Source: Lepidodermella squamata (taxonomy: Eukaryota > Animalia > Gastrotricha). From it: a stretch of DNA of 64,000 bases. Shown piece after piece: positions 23,440-36,854 of this stretch. Position 1 is the stretch's first letter. Each line of letters opens with the position of its first letter. A model generated the notes under the pieces. That model saw only the letters and a program-made list of their open reading frames with translations. It was not told the DNA's origin and made no database searches. A program made the position numbers and the translations under genes. Location: the NCBI GenBank assembly GCA_047495785.1, contig JBLDXI010000001.1, positions 992,001 through 1,056,000 of the forward strand, written 5' to 3'.

Positions 23440-25643
23440 ATGGCGGAAAAAGATGATGATTTTCGGAACGATATTGAGAGCGGCGATATGATTGATACGA
23501 AAAATTCGTTGCTTGATGTACACTCGCCTCAGCCAGCTGACGCTTCTACTGTGAAGTTTTTGTCGGATACAAACAATGAAGAAGCCAGAATAGAGCTGAT
23601 TGTTGAGCAAGGCGTTTACGTCGGTTTCACTCGCGAGGAGCTATTGAAATATGAACGTGACCCTGCATGGCAAAAGCTCCGCATTGCTCTGGCAATATTG
23701 TGTGTCATCGGTTGGCTGTCTTTGCTTGGTGCTACGATTTACACTACTTATTACATGCCTGGTTGTCCTTTGAGACCTGAAATGGGCTGGCCGGAGCGAA
23801 GTATCATCTATGAAATAAACGTTCCGTCATTCCGCATCGGACACAGCTGTGATAGCGAGACCAGATTTACTGGCAACATTCTAGGGATCCACGACATTTT
23901 AAGTATGCCTTACAGTGATCATCCATCTTCAAGGAACTACTTCCTGAATGCGCTAAACCCCGTCAATACTTACTGGTTGAGAGGAATTCACGCAATTGCC
24001 TCGGGAGAATGGAACGAAGACCTTGATGACCTGGACGTTACTATCGTCGGTTCCAATAACAAGCATCTCTTCGATTTATTTACTTTGGCTCGTAAAAAGA
24101 AGAGATTCATACTCATTGATCTACTTCCATACGAATTTGTAAACCAAACGACCGGTGTGCAGAACTTGAACTGTTCGTTTTTGGCTGATTCCGGCTATTC
24201 TTCAGCCGATCTTGGCTATTTAACGGATGCGTCATTGAAAATAAGATGTTTCAATGAGACAGAAATAAAACCTCGGCTACTAAATTTCGTTAAGAAATAC
24301 GCCAGATACGTTAATGGTGAGTTTTTACCCATTTACTTGATTTGATTGTTGACGATGCTGTTTTAGGTTTTGTCTTGGACTATTCACGCTGGCTGTTGCG
24401 TACTAAGGATGGATTTGAAGCTCTGAGGGAAATAGTGGCGAAAGTTAGGGAATATGATGAAAATATTGCCGATAGCACTTTCAAGAAAACGTTCGGCAAA
24501 AAGTTCCTATTCATGCGGATGCCACTATTCTCGAAAGCTTTTGAAAATTCACTTGAGCAACGTCGGATAGACGAGCTAACTGCGAAACTAGCTGGGGTGC
24601 GATCGATCGTTGAAACAATTGATATGATCAGCCCATCCAGTTGCACATCTTCAAGTTGCCTCGTGAAGCTCATTGACGAAATACAGAAGCCGTTGTTTTC
24701 GAATAATTCTAGTCTTCCGGAGTGGATTTTTCTTGACAATAGGACTACTCCGTTTGATTATCTACCTCACAGAGCCTTTACCGTGGACGATCCATTCCTG
24801 AGTCATCGCGCCTTACCGAATCAGTCGAATAGCGACATTGCTTGGTCGCCTGAAGCGCTCGCCGCTTTCGTTATCGCCGCCCTGCCTGGCTCGCCCATTG
24901 TGTATTACGGCTCAGAAATCGGCATGAGCCATCTATCTTCGGTTGCTCAAATGAAGTGGCGTGGAGAGGAAAATAAATGCTCTAATCGTCTGGAAGAACC
25001 TTACTGCTTCTGTTCACAATTTTGCAGTTACGATGAAGCCAAACCGGCTACATGTCCAGTCAGCGATCGATTCCCGCTCTACCAAAGTTATAGAGTAGGA
25101 AGTGATGTCGATTATCCTCCTTCGGTAAGTCAAAACAGATATTTTGTGATTGTTATGATGGTTCGTTTCAAATAGGTAAGCGAGCAAGTTCGAACGGAAT
25201 CGCACGGTCCGTTGAAGGCTGTGGTCAGGATTCTGAGGGAAAAGTTGGAGGCCGATTCCCTCGTTTGGGGCCGAGCTAATGCGTCTATTCTACCAGCTGT
25301 TGGAGTTGGCGAAAATGTCCCGATTTCAATCATTCGCACCGCCAATGACCGATTTAATGACTACGCTGTCATCTTGTCGTTCGGCTTGAAAGTTGGCTCG
25401 TTTCCAGCCGAGAAAATGCGTCGCAAATGCTACGATGAAATCGTCTTTCACCAAGCATCTGGGCCATCGGCAAACAATCAGCGGAAAACTAGCGGCGAAT
25501 TCGAACAGATGGTTGTTCAGTCGCGCGAAGTTCGCCTCATAAAAATCGTCCATTGTAACAGTGGCAGCTATAATTTTCACTACACTTCATCTTTCTTGTT
25601 TCTTCTACTGCTGGCGTGTTTTACTACGTCCATTGTCGGTTGA
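23440..25643 (+). CDS. SLC3 family (4F2hc/rBAT-like) amino-acid transporter heavy chain with degenerate GH13 ectodomain
   Basis: Exons 23440-24316, 24367-25124, 25176-25643. SLC3 N-terminal signature GFTREELLKY..DP.W..LR, TM helix, P.C, W....IYEI, GFVLD, LPGSPIVYYGSEIGM. Confidence 0.85.
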
Positions 25644-26500
25644 TATTATCAGCAGTTTTCCAGCTAAAAGACCAAACTATATACTTGTTGAAGATGAGAT
25701 GAAAAAACTGAGGACATAATGAAGAAATCGAGTTTTCCCGGTCTCTTGCTCTCGTGTGCTATCGTTCATACAAATGTCTTAAGTTTACGGCGAGTCTAGT
25801 ACCAAATTCAATTTTTTACTGTAAATGTGACAATAAAATTGGCGTCAAGTGTCGTTATATGATAAATGCTACAATTTGCTAAAAATTCGTTGCTCATTGT
25901 TATTATTAATTGAGGAAATATTCGCTGCCAAAAATAGTCTTATTCCAACCCGAAAAATTCCCACCATATTTTTTTGAGAAATTCCCACCATCTTTCAAAA
26001 ATGCTATATAGGCGACTGCTGTTAAATACTGCGAGGAATCTCCACCTCGGATAAAGCTGTTTGGTTTTGCAATGCGTTTATCAATGAACCTGGGTCTCCT
26101 TTTACCATCCGTCTTGATTCTTTTTCGCGTTTGTCGTGATCAAAATCAATCGTTAGTTCATTGTTGAGTTTTGCGTGGCAAATATTTTTGGTGTGTTATT
26201 ATCGTTACCTCCCTGTTCAAAGATATTCTTATGTTTTACTGTGTACAAATCTTTTGTTTTGTGATGAAAATAAATCAAGAGGAAAAATCATCATCGCAAA
26301 AACGTGATGAAAGTGAAGCTAACGGCCTGACGATTGTTATTCAACCTGCGGAAAGAATGTTGCGGTTTGATTGTTATTAATCGTCGTATTAAATTTTGCA
26401 TTTTATTCATATTTTTACAAATTAGTTTTATTAAAATTGTATGATGACAATCAATTTGCAGTAATACAATTTTTCTGGAGGGTCGAGCTGTGGCTGCAAA

Positions 26501-29500
26501 ATGAAGTCGTCGCTATCTCTATCTGCGATGCAACTGACCACAGATGACCTGGATGCGTGTCTCGACGTGGTCGAGAGCTACTGGTCGCAAATACAGGTAA
26601 AGTGCCACTCATTGATTATCAATGCAAACAATCTATTCCCCGTTTTAACAATGCAGGAATACACGGCGAGGCCCAAGCTGTGCAGTGACGATTTGGAAAC
26701 GCTGTTCCACTATTTCGAGCAGCTTGTCGAAATCGTAGCGTTGGACCTCAACAGCTCTTCAGGCCGTGCGCGACTTTTGCAGTGCCTCGAAAACAAGGAG
26801 ATTTTTAATTTATATATATCATGGTTAGTAAATTTCCTGATGCAATTTTTGATAGAAAATGAATAGTTATTATGATATTTTATTAGCAGAATATATTTAA
26901 GCGGAGCTTGAATTGACTGTAGCGGAATAAAATTTCAGAAATTGGAACCAAATGTCGCAAACTAGTTCAGATTTTAATCTTTGAATCATTTAATTTAATT
27001 AATAATTTAGTTCCGCTTAAAGTGAGACCCTAGCTACATCCTATCATTTTTAAGGCTATTATTCTAATTTAAAAATTAACAGCGTTTGGATTTCATTTTT
27101 TGAAATACTGGAATGTAAAGAATCACGAATTATTCGGAAATTTTACATCAACATTTTGATTTTAGCCCTCAAACCTTCAATTTAGCGAACGCTCTGAGCA
27201 TTTCTTATAGTCGATTTTCTTCCCTTCTCGGAAGTTTATCCTGAATTGTGGTTAATTAAGTTTTTTCTTGTATTATTCAGGTTACTCAAGTTAACGGATT
27301 CTACCGGTCGCCTTAAAGAGCACCTCTTAGCCTCAGCCCTGCCTTTGTGCCGGCCCGTCGGCCTGCTTTCAGTCGTCCTACCCGATGCTCACCTGTGCCA
27401 ATTCGTCGTTAGTGCCGTCGACTATGCAATATCCGCCAACAAGCCTTCTCGAAATACAACAGCGTCGACTGAGCAAATCAACCTGCTACTCGGCCAAATC
27501 GTCCTCGCTATTTCAAAAGCGATAGCCGCTAACCAAGACTTATTCCTAGCCGTCTACTCTAACCGTTGTGCCCTGCTACCAGCCTATCGTGATTACCTAT
27601 TGCAAAGTTCGAAGGATAAAATTGAGGAGGAACAGCGGTTTCCCGTCATTTCCGCAATGCTTTCAGTCGCCCTGATCCCGGGTGAAGCGGGTGATTTAGG
27701 CCGAGAGGCGATTGTCCTGCTGGTCGATGCAGTTCGGCAACACGGGCGCAGTGATATCGCAATTTTCCTGGCTGAGAACACGGATTTGTGCCCGTTGCTA
27801 GCCACCGGTCTATCCGGCCTATTTTCAACCCTACCCCGGGTTTTGATACCCGACTCGAACAGCGTGTTATTCTCGAGTCAAAATTTCGAATCATTCTTCA
27901 GTAAATCCGAGCCAGTGCTGTTTGTCGAGTGTTTCCGGTTCGTTAACCGCGTAGTCACCCTGGCTCACCCGGCCATCCAAGACCGGCTGGTTGACTTTTT
28001 GTACCACGGCTTTCTAGTACCAGTACTCGCCCCGGCCCTGAACCAGCCGGTTGGCGATGAGTTGATAACAACCATCGTCTACCTAGACTATTTGTGCCTT
28101 CAAAATTTGTCAGACCAAAACGTAGCGGGTGCTTTTGTTAAATTCCTGTTATCGGCTAATTACGACGGAATGGCCACGATTGATACGTTGATCAAGTATT
28201 TGGATGTCCCGTCGTCGGCCAGGTCATCCTCATCGCCGAGTAAAAACTCATCCACATCAACGTCCTCGTATTGGCGGCTTTTGTTTTGCGCACTTGGCAT
28301 GTTTCACTCCTTCCTAAGCCTCAGGTCACTTTCTAATAGTGAAGACGTGTTCTATGAATTGATTCACCGCCACCTTTCGCCGCTGTCCTACCTCATGCGG
28401 AGTCAACGGTTGCAGTTGGTAGCCGCGACAAAGGCGAGGTTGAAATCGCTTTGCGTCCTATGCTCGTTATCGCCGAAGAAATCGCTGGAAAATGGCGATT
28501 CTGAGAAGATTGACGCGTTGCCGAATGCGTTTTACAAACGAGCGGCCGATCATTACTTGTCGCTGGTAACGCTGGACTCGACGCCGCGCGATGGCGACGA
28601 CTCGCCGAACCAGTTCGATTCGCCGACTTCAACGCCGAAAACCACGCCCACGAAGAAGCATTTGTTTTCAGTCGCGATTATTCGATCCCTCGAAGACACC
28701 CCGGTTGGGCGGCAGTTGTTATCTGAATACACGGCTTTGCTAGAGGAAACACCCCGCCGTTTGACGATGGTCGACCGCCAGACTAGCGGTTGGTTGAAAT
28801 GCGGAACTTTGAATTCATTGAGTAACGGGCTATGTGCCACTCATCGTCAATTGCTACTCGAACAGCGCGATGACGAGAAGTTTTTCGAGTCAGAAATTTG
28901 GTCTGATCTTGATCACGTGGAAGAGGAAGAAGACCCGGAAACGTTTGACGAGGCTGAAACTGAGCTGACTGAGTTCATCACTGCGTTGAATCAGGAGTTT
29001 AAGGCGGCGGATGACAGTGACAGCGGTCTGGCGGTTGAAGATGCGCTGGAGAAGCTTGACATGGCTGATTTGAGTGATTCAATTCCGACCTCGGTGTCTG
29101 AACTGCCGTTCGCGATGAATGTATCCGGCATAGGACAGCGGGCTCATGCCGAGTCATTCAGCCAATCGGCGTCGTCGTCGGCGAAAATCACAGTCGGGCC
29201 GTTTTTGACCCGAATCTTCGAGTTGGTCGACCATTTTGCGGAACTGCCTACTCCGGTTGTGGTCGCCCTTGGTACTTTGTTGTCGCATTTGGCGTCTATC
29301 CCGCACCCTCTTCTCGCCCCACTTTTGTTGGATCCTAAACTCAATGTGCATCCTAACGTAAAATCACTTCCACTGGTGCTATCTGCTGTTCGAGAGCGAT
29401 TCATCGAGAAAATTAATTCGGAAGGTAAGTGCGAACTTTACACATTTTTGAGGTGGATAGTAAATAGGTAATACAGAATTTATTAGTCGCGCGAAATTTA

Positions 29501-32142
29501 ATGATTGGCTGAAATGGAATGATTTATTGGTCGAAAATCGAAATATGCACAAGGCCTCAACCCGCAGGTTAAATAGGCCGGGCCACTAATGTGAGTTAAC
29601 TAACAGTAACAGCTATGATACCTATAGTAGATAGTGAGCACCTGAGACAGGTGAGCAGGCTAGCAGCAGCGCGAAGGCTGGGCAGCAGGAACACAGAGGG
29701 AGGAGCAGTACAGAGATGGACACAAATAGAGTAGCAGGGACGACCAGATCGAGCGACACACGAATACAGAGTTGAGCAATATAAGACATAGATAGCGTCT
29801 GTGTACAGTAAAGAACCGGACTGCTGCACGCGGGCCGCCGTTTGCTCGCGCCGCCACCCGTAGCCCAGCAGGAACTCAAGAGGTCAGGAGACACGGGGCA
29901 CCCAAACTCTGGTAAGGGCCGGATAAGAGCCTTGGAAAAAAGGAGGCCCAGGCGCGGACGGGCAGCCAGCTTGGATCGGTGGAGGGAGGCGGTGCGTGGC
30001 CCAGCGTTAGCGCGAACATTTTCCACGTGCGATTGTGGTGCTTCGCAAGCCACAGCCCCAGGTACCGGACTTCTTGGCAGCGCGGGATTGAGGCACCACC
30101 TATGACGAGGCGACCAGCCGGCACATCAGCGACGGTACCGAAGGCCACGTACTCGCACTTGGTGGGGTTGAAGGTCAGACGCCAGCACCAGCGTTCGTGG
30201 TTCCGCAGCGCCATCTGGACTCGAGTGGTGACGTTAGCGGCGGGCTTGCCGGTGGCCCAGAAGGCATGGTCGTCGGCGTAGGCAGCGGCTGCGAACGGCG
30301 TCCTCCGGTTTTGGTCTCTGCCGTGCGAGATTCCGGGGAGGAAGATTTGCTCTGATAGCAATGTGCTTAGCCGAGTGAAATTGAGCCTGCCCTCATATCT
30401 TGGGGACCTCGGATCCCCAAGGAAACAAATTAAATTATTGGGTCGGACAATCCCAATGACGAACGAAGTTGAAAGGTTAGAAGCTGTCAATGGTCTTCAA
30501 TGTCTGAGAAGGGCAGGAGAGACCCCACATTTCTGAACCAGCCAACATTGCGGATTCTATTTTGCCCGAGTAGAGAGTGTCTGTATTTGACCTACTTACC
30601 TAGTTCAAATTAATTCTATGCAAGGATAGTTCGTTGTAGGCGTTTTGTCCGCGGTTGATGGCGTTTGCGATAGCTTCATTCCAACCGAGATCGTGCGAGA
30701 TGGTTATGCCTAAATCTCAGAGCACTGCGCCTAACCGAGTGAAAGCCGGTCGACCTAACCCTAACCCAACCCATCAGCTGGAAATGATAACGACAACAAC
30801 ACTCACTTTATTATTTCAAAATCAAGTTATTCAGCCAGGCAACTAGGGAATGATATCCTCATGCTCAACCAAGTGAAAGTCAAGCAACCAACAAATGCTC
30901 CAATCATTGAGAAAAGGAAGAACATCAGTGACGTTTTACAAACAGATAGTCCGGTCTGACTATGCTGTAATGGTTCAGCTTGCAACAGCTACATCTCCGT
31001 TATTGGCATCGAACCAGATTTCCGCGACGTTACACGATCTAACAAAACGATACATTTTACCAACGTCAGATTGTAATTTTTTCGGAGCTCGAGCTGTTCT
31101 TCGAAGGTGTGTAATTGAAACCGTCAATGCAGTAGCGAAGGAAGAAGAGGAGGAAATTTCTCTGATGACAGTTGCAATGGAAAATCTTCTCAACGAAACG
31201 ACAACTGAGATAAAAATATTTGTCACGATTTTTCAACTTCTGCAAGGCTTGTCAAGCAAGAAAGAAACATTGATACAACTGAGATCTGCAGAGTGAGATC
31301 TATAATAAAAGACGAAGAAAATGGAGATTTCAAGAGTGATGAAAACTCCGATAATCCTAATCGGGAGAAACCTATTGCCAAGACTGAGCCCTCAGCACAT
31401 CCCAACATTTCTTGATACGCTGACCGAAATTCTTTTAGCAATCATAAATTTGACATTTGCGCCCATTTTTTTCTCTATAAGCTATAAGTGAAGCCCAAAG
31501 TGATAATGAAGTAAAATTTTCAAGGTGGAGTTTATATTTTCAATTTAATTAATACGATTCTTATAAAATTCTACAGGATTCACTTCTGCTGACTTGCGGG
31601 AATCGCTGTATGCCCAATGCCAGGAACTGACGCAGGGTGATTTTCACTTTGCCGAGCAAATGCGGCACTGGTCCCCCTCGACCAGCCCGTTGCCTACCGA
31701 CGAGAACCACTTTTCGTCGCCCCAGTCTTCCGGTTCGCGTTACAACGCCATCAAAACGGCGGCGTTGGAGCCGCCCAACTCGCCGAGATCGTTCTTCTCC
31801 CGCCTTCTGCTATCGTCGTCGAACCGAACTGCGAATAACAACGACAGCAATCAGAGTCGTCTAGTCCCTCGCAAGAATTCGTTCAACGGCGAACAAACGA
31901 CGCCGGCGAAACGCACGAGCGCGACGAATGGCAATTCAGAAAACGCGCCCGGTTTCGTTTCATCGTCATCGTCGTCCGAATTCGAGCTGACCCCGCGCGG
32001 TTCGACCGTGCCCAGATCGTCGATGGGCGCCCCCGCCGCCGATCGCCTTGCCCTCTTGTCCCGTTCTCTGGTCCTTTTCGACGCTACGCTGCTGGAACTA
32101 GCGGCGATTTCCACTTCAGCCTCTCGGCGCTTCCTTATTTAA
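26501..32142 (+). CDS. FHIP1: FTS- and Hook-interacting protein (FHIP1/FAM160A family)
   Basis: Exons 26501-26596, 26657-26823, 27281-29424, 31577-32142. Family motifs CPLLATGLSGLFSTLP, FLYHGFLVPVLAPAL, GPFL...F..V, HPLL..LLLDP, terminal LLELAAI. Confidence 0.85.
29596..30300 (-). mobile_element. 5'-truncated non-LTR retrotransposon fragment (RT C-terminal part plus 3' region) in the FHIP intron
   Basis: YADD at 30280-30269 followed by W..W.L.FNPTKC and VRYLGLWL, typical of LINE RT domains 5-7; abrupt GC-rich block inside an AT-rich intron. Element ends are approximate. Confidence 0.85.
30330..30716 (-). mobile_element. Second, more decayed non-LTR retrotransposon fragment (RT thumb region)
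   Basis: Minus-strand translation DLGITISHDLGWNEAI...*...LYSGKIESAMLAGSEMWG matches the LINE post-RT pattern (LG......L.W / LY...I.S...GSE.WG); contains in-frame stops. Confidence 0.65.
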
Positions 32143-34175
32143 AATAACACTTGAACTTTTGATATAACAGACAATGATGATACATCGATGTGAAAAATTA
32201 TGATAAGGTTTGTGTTGCTCTTCTCAAGTTCTCGCATTTTTGTTCTAGGCCAAATTTCGATTTATTCGTGGTTTGTGGCAATATTTTTCTCGTCAAAATT
32301 TTATTATGCGACCTTCGAAGCTGCGCTATACTATATTATATTCACAAATTTAACAGTGTAAAAAATTCGACGGCTCAATCATTATTTATTTGAAATTTAT
32401 AATGATGATGAAGAATTACTAATTTTTTGTGCGTTGGTTCGACACGTGCGTTCTTTCTTGTGAAACAATAACATTTTTTGTTCGCCATTCCTTTAGATGT
32501 TAACGACTTGCAACGACAATGTAACTACACTATTGTGACCTCGAGATTCTCTAACCTTTATAAATTTGATTGATATACTTATTGGTACTCTTATTGCTAA
32601 TTTCTAATTGTTACCGCGTTGAAATCAAGCGTCGATTTTTTGCTGATAAACCCAAATCTACGTGCGAGAGTATGTGAAAAAATAAAGGAAGACGAATAAT
32701 TTGAATTCCAGGTGTCTTCTTGCAGTCAGAGTTGAATTGACTAAATTATGGAAGCGGCGATAAACTCAACAGGCCGAAATAAAGGTATCCCAAGTCCTAA
32801 GTAATATAATCCACACCATTGGTCAGGTTGATGGCTGAATAATCAAATTCAACGCTTTCCGTGTTTTGAAAGTTAAGAAATTTTCAGCGTCCGTGGATGA
32901 AACAGAAGAGGAATAATGAAAAATTCATATTTCGACACCCATATTCCCATTTTTTCGAGCTCCTTTGCTTCGAACACACATGGCAATAAGTGGTGAATTG
33001 TGGAAATTCACGACAAATACTTGAATAAATCTCCCTTAATTCGCTAAGGGAGTGGATATTCGTACTTGAATATTTGTACATTTTCGTATATTTGTACTTA
33101 CAAAGGGTTCCAGCAGCGGATGATTGAAATTTATTTGCTCAAAATACCTATTCTACTTTTGTAAACTGCTCATTCTTCACCTGGTTGGAAACAACGATCT
33201 GGCCTTATCTTATTTGCTGCAGAAAAGCTTATTTTTGCTTGATTTTATCATTACAACTGAACCTTGAGCTTCCTGACCTTTCTGAAAGGTTCATCTCTTA
33301 AAATTCATCCACTGGAATCGCTTTTTCCAACAACCAAGAGAAGTATGACCTTAACTCAGTTTCAAACGTAGAATATTTCGAGCAACATTTTTCCAATTAT
33401 CCGCAACTGGAACACCTTCCAAGTACAAATAGTCGAAAATGCGTACCTATTCAAGTGCGAATATACCGACCCATTAACAAATGACACTCATTATAAGGCA
33501 GAGCCACATGAAATGTGCCTTATCCAATCCAAGCCTTATGACAATTGTTTTGTAGGCAGTAGGCAGGCTTCCAGCTAAGTGCAAGCAGCAGCTGCCAAGT
33601 CGAAAGTATGCAGTTCTGTCGAAATCAAAAACCTTTGCAAAAGACCTGTGAACATGGGTTGAAGTCTTCACATTATTTATTGCAACTTTTTCAATACTTT
33701 CAATTTATCATCGTCGATTTCCAAAATTCACCGATATAACAGGATATGGACAAAGAGTTAGTTGCCTCTATCAATATTTCCCAGTTCTTTGCAAATCAAG
33801 GCACGGCATGACATGGGAAAAATAACACGAATTTCAAGACAGCCCTAACGGTGTTCAGAGGGTATATACTCGATAGAAAGCAGCAACAACCGAGTTTTGC
33901 GAACGTAACAAAAATAGCAAAATTAGGAGCGCAACTGAAAAAACAGGCGTTCTTCTGCTCGAACAAACACAATAATTCAAGGTAACGAAAGCATTTTTTC
34001 TAAAATTCGAAATAATGAAGTGTGTATGCAGCAATGTTTTGATATATTTCGAGGTCTTTAAAGCAGACGCGAGTTGAGACGTTATGTTTAGATTTTAAGG
34101 TGACAATTCTTTGTAGAATATATGAATGGCTTTTATCGTCTTTTTTAGCATTAAAGTGTAATAGAAATAAACAGA

Positions 34176-36854
34176 TCACAGGCAATTTTTACACAAAGCA
34201 AGTTGGCCGGGCATGAAGTCGCGGCACGGGCAGATGCGCTTACCCTGCGCATCGGCGCCAGCGCACGAGAACAACATCATATCCTCCTGCAAGTAGCACG
34301 CGTCGTCGCCAACAACCGGGTACTGAATTTCGGCGCCCGACTGCGTGTTGTCGCGCGTGCACTTGCCGCCGCTAAGCCGCTGCACCACGTCGGCCTCGTT
34401 CGCGCGGTAGAAGTGCGTCGGCTCGCAAATTAGGCCCTTGCGCTCGCACAGCTCGACGCAACTCTCGGCCTTGTCGCTCAGCAGAAACTCGACCGAAGAT
34501 TCAGGCGGCCACAGTGGCTTCTCGCCGCTGCAGAGATCTTGATTTTCGATGTAAGCATTCAGCCGCTCCAACATACCAACAGCGGTAAATTCTAAAAAAA
34601 AATCCTCCTTAAAATTCGATTTAATCAAAATTTCGAAATTGTTTACCTCGTGGAACGAAGGGGGATGGGTCAGTTTTGAGTGCCTCTTTGACAGCTTTCC
34701 GAACAGCGGCAAGGTCACTCATGTCGACGGTAATAACTCGAGGCCGGCCGATAGCTTTTTCCGCATACGGACTCTGGCTGGAGAGGCCGCGGCTGGTCGG
34801 TTTGCCTTTAAAAAAGGCCGTGTTCGTCGATGCGTGAGGAGGGTTAAATGCCGGGTTAAGATACACACAACCAGCAGCAATGGCTTCGAGCGGCGCTGGG
34901 CCTTCGTAGGGAAAGCCGAGCCCGACAAAAATGCGAGACGACCATAGCAAATCATGAAATTTACCAGGAGGCACAACGCCGTGATTCACTAAAATTAATA
35001 AATTTATATTCGAAATTTCCTAGAAGTGTAATTACTTACCAACAAATGAAGGTAGCTCTCTTATTTCAGGTTCGCCGGGTTTCGCAGTAACCGGAGTTGT
35101 GTCGACAGTAGCATGGACCGAGGTTAATTCAGCGAGAGTTTCAATAAATTGCTCCCTTGAATCGCCCTGCCACATCGTGATATGCTTGCCGTAGACCAGT
35201 GACACATTCATATTGCGCACAATTTTAGCACTAGAGGGCGGCGGCACCGAAACAACAAATCCCATAAACGAATTATCAGGCGAATGTGGGAATAACGTGT
35301 AAAATTGCTTCGGATGCATGCCGAGACGACCCCATTGGCCGGGCAACGAATTTTTCTTGGAATAAGAATCGTGGTTAAAGGCCGGCTCCGTCCCGAACGA
35401 ATCGAGTAGTCGAACCCGGCATTTGATACCCGACTGGCTCAAAATAGTCGCAGCTTGTTTATAACCAACAATGTCGGTATAAATCAAATCAACGTTCACC
35501 GTATTCGCCTGGCACGACGTCGCCGAGATGTGCGTGCGTTCTTGCAAAAGTGTTTGAAGCGCCTGTTTATCGTAGGTCAACACAACCTCGTGACCTAGCA
35601 TGTGGATTGATGCAATAACGTCAGACCACTGCACCATTTCGCCGAGCGGCCCGCCTTTCGACGCAGTCTCCGCCATGTGCCAACGCCGCTCGACTTCTGG
35701 CGTTAAAAATCCGAGATGTACAATGATGGTGCGTTTTTTCCTCGTCGCGTAAACTGCTGATTTATTTGCGACTGAATCAGGCCCGAATAATTCCGCCCAG
35801 GCAGCTTCCCACATCGGCCAAGCTGATTTAACTCGATTAGCAATAAATTTCACGCGATCTTCCTTTAATTTGGCAACGATTTCATCGACTGATGCCACTT
35901 TTCTCCGAACCAAGTTTTCCGGCGCAACAGTGTCTTCAGCAAGATCAGGATCTCGAGGCCGCCACGGTAATCTAGGACAGAATCTCTCTACTTCAGACAA
36001 GAAAATGTGGAAAGAGCATCGCGTTCCATCGACGCCGAACGATGAATAGCACGGATCTGACTTCCAAAACGCCTCCATCCACGTCAGTTTAGCCGAGCAA
36101 TGAGGGAAACGCGGGTCCATCGGAATGAAAGAGCAGTTATCAGCGGATGCCGGCTTATTTATCGCAATAGTTCGATCGCTTTTCGGCGGCTTTTCCTCCA
36201 CAATTTTCGGCTGCTTCGGCATCGCATCGAGTTTAGGATTACTGTGAGCACCCATAAAGCCAACGCCGCCGCCGCCAACTTCGCGAGATGCGGCGAACTG
36301 AAGCAGTTGTTTGATCTGTTCGAGTTCCCGTTCGACGTCCTTCTGAGATTGAGCGAGTTCTTTCAGCTGGTTGATTGCAGACTGCAGTTGAGCTTGTTGA
36401 CTATTATTATTGGTCCCGTAATAATAAGACAAACCTCGGTCGACATTCTAAAAAAACATGAAATTTAATTATTAAAAAAATTCCTCCTCAAATCTTTTAC
36501 CAATACTAAAGGCGGTGCATTGCTGACGTAAAGCGATAGGAAAAACACGAGGAACCACGCAATAATGAGCGACACAAAAACGGCAAGTCTGACGCGACAA
36601 ACGGCGCCTGGTAGCCGGCACAGCAGCAGCGGAACATCGCCGACCGAACTCAGCGAGCTGTTCGTCGAAGAAACCGACAGCAGCGACTCGTCCGGCGACA
36701 AACGGGAGGGCGAGTGCTGGCTGCCGCTGTTGCTTCGGCCGTAGCCAAAGCCACGAGGTGACGATTTCGATGCCGTTTCGTCGGGTTTTCGGGTTAAATC
36801 AACCACTACTAGAGCTTTCCATTCGGTCGAATTACTAACAATTCCCAGCGGCAA
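34176..36854 (-). CDS. MGAT5: Alpha-1,6-mannosylglycoprotein 6-beta-N-acetylglucosaminyltransferase (GnT-V, GT18); start codon unresolved
   Basis: Exons ~36854-36501, 36447-35040, 34988-34647, 34591-34176. Type II TM segment; GGPLGEMVQWSD, LLDSFGTEPAFNH, FPHSPDNSFMGF, GLGFPYEGPAPLEAIA, terminal RICPCRDF..GQ.ALC..CL. Confidence 0.95.

Noticed and set aside
25171-25181. AG|GTAAG recursive-splice-like site at the SLC3 last acceptor
   Set aside because: The intron is only 51 nt and the following sequence is in-frame coding; likely coincidence.
26597-26656. Stop-free 60-nt in-frame intron in FHIP
   Set aside because: Good splice signals and typical size; no sign of functional retention.
30754-30772. 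CCCTAA-like telomeric motif
   Set aside because: Only about two units inside transposon debris; too short to call an interstitial telomere.
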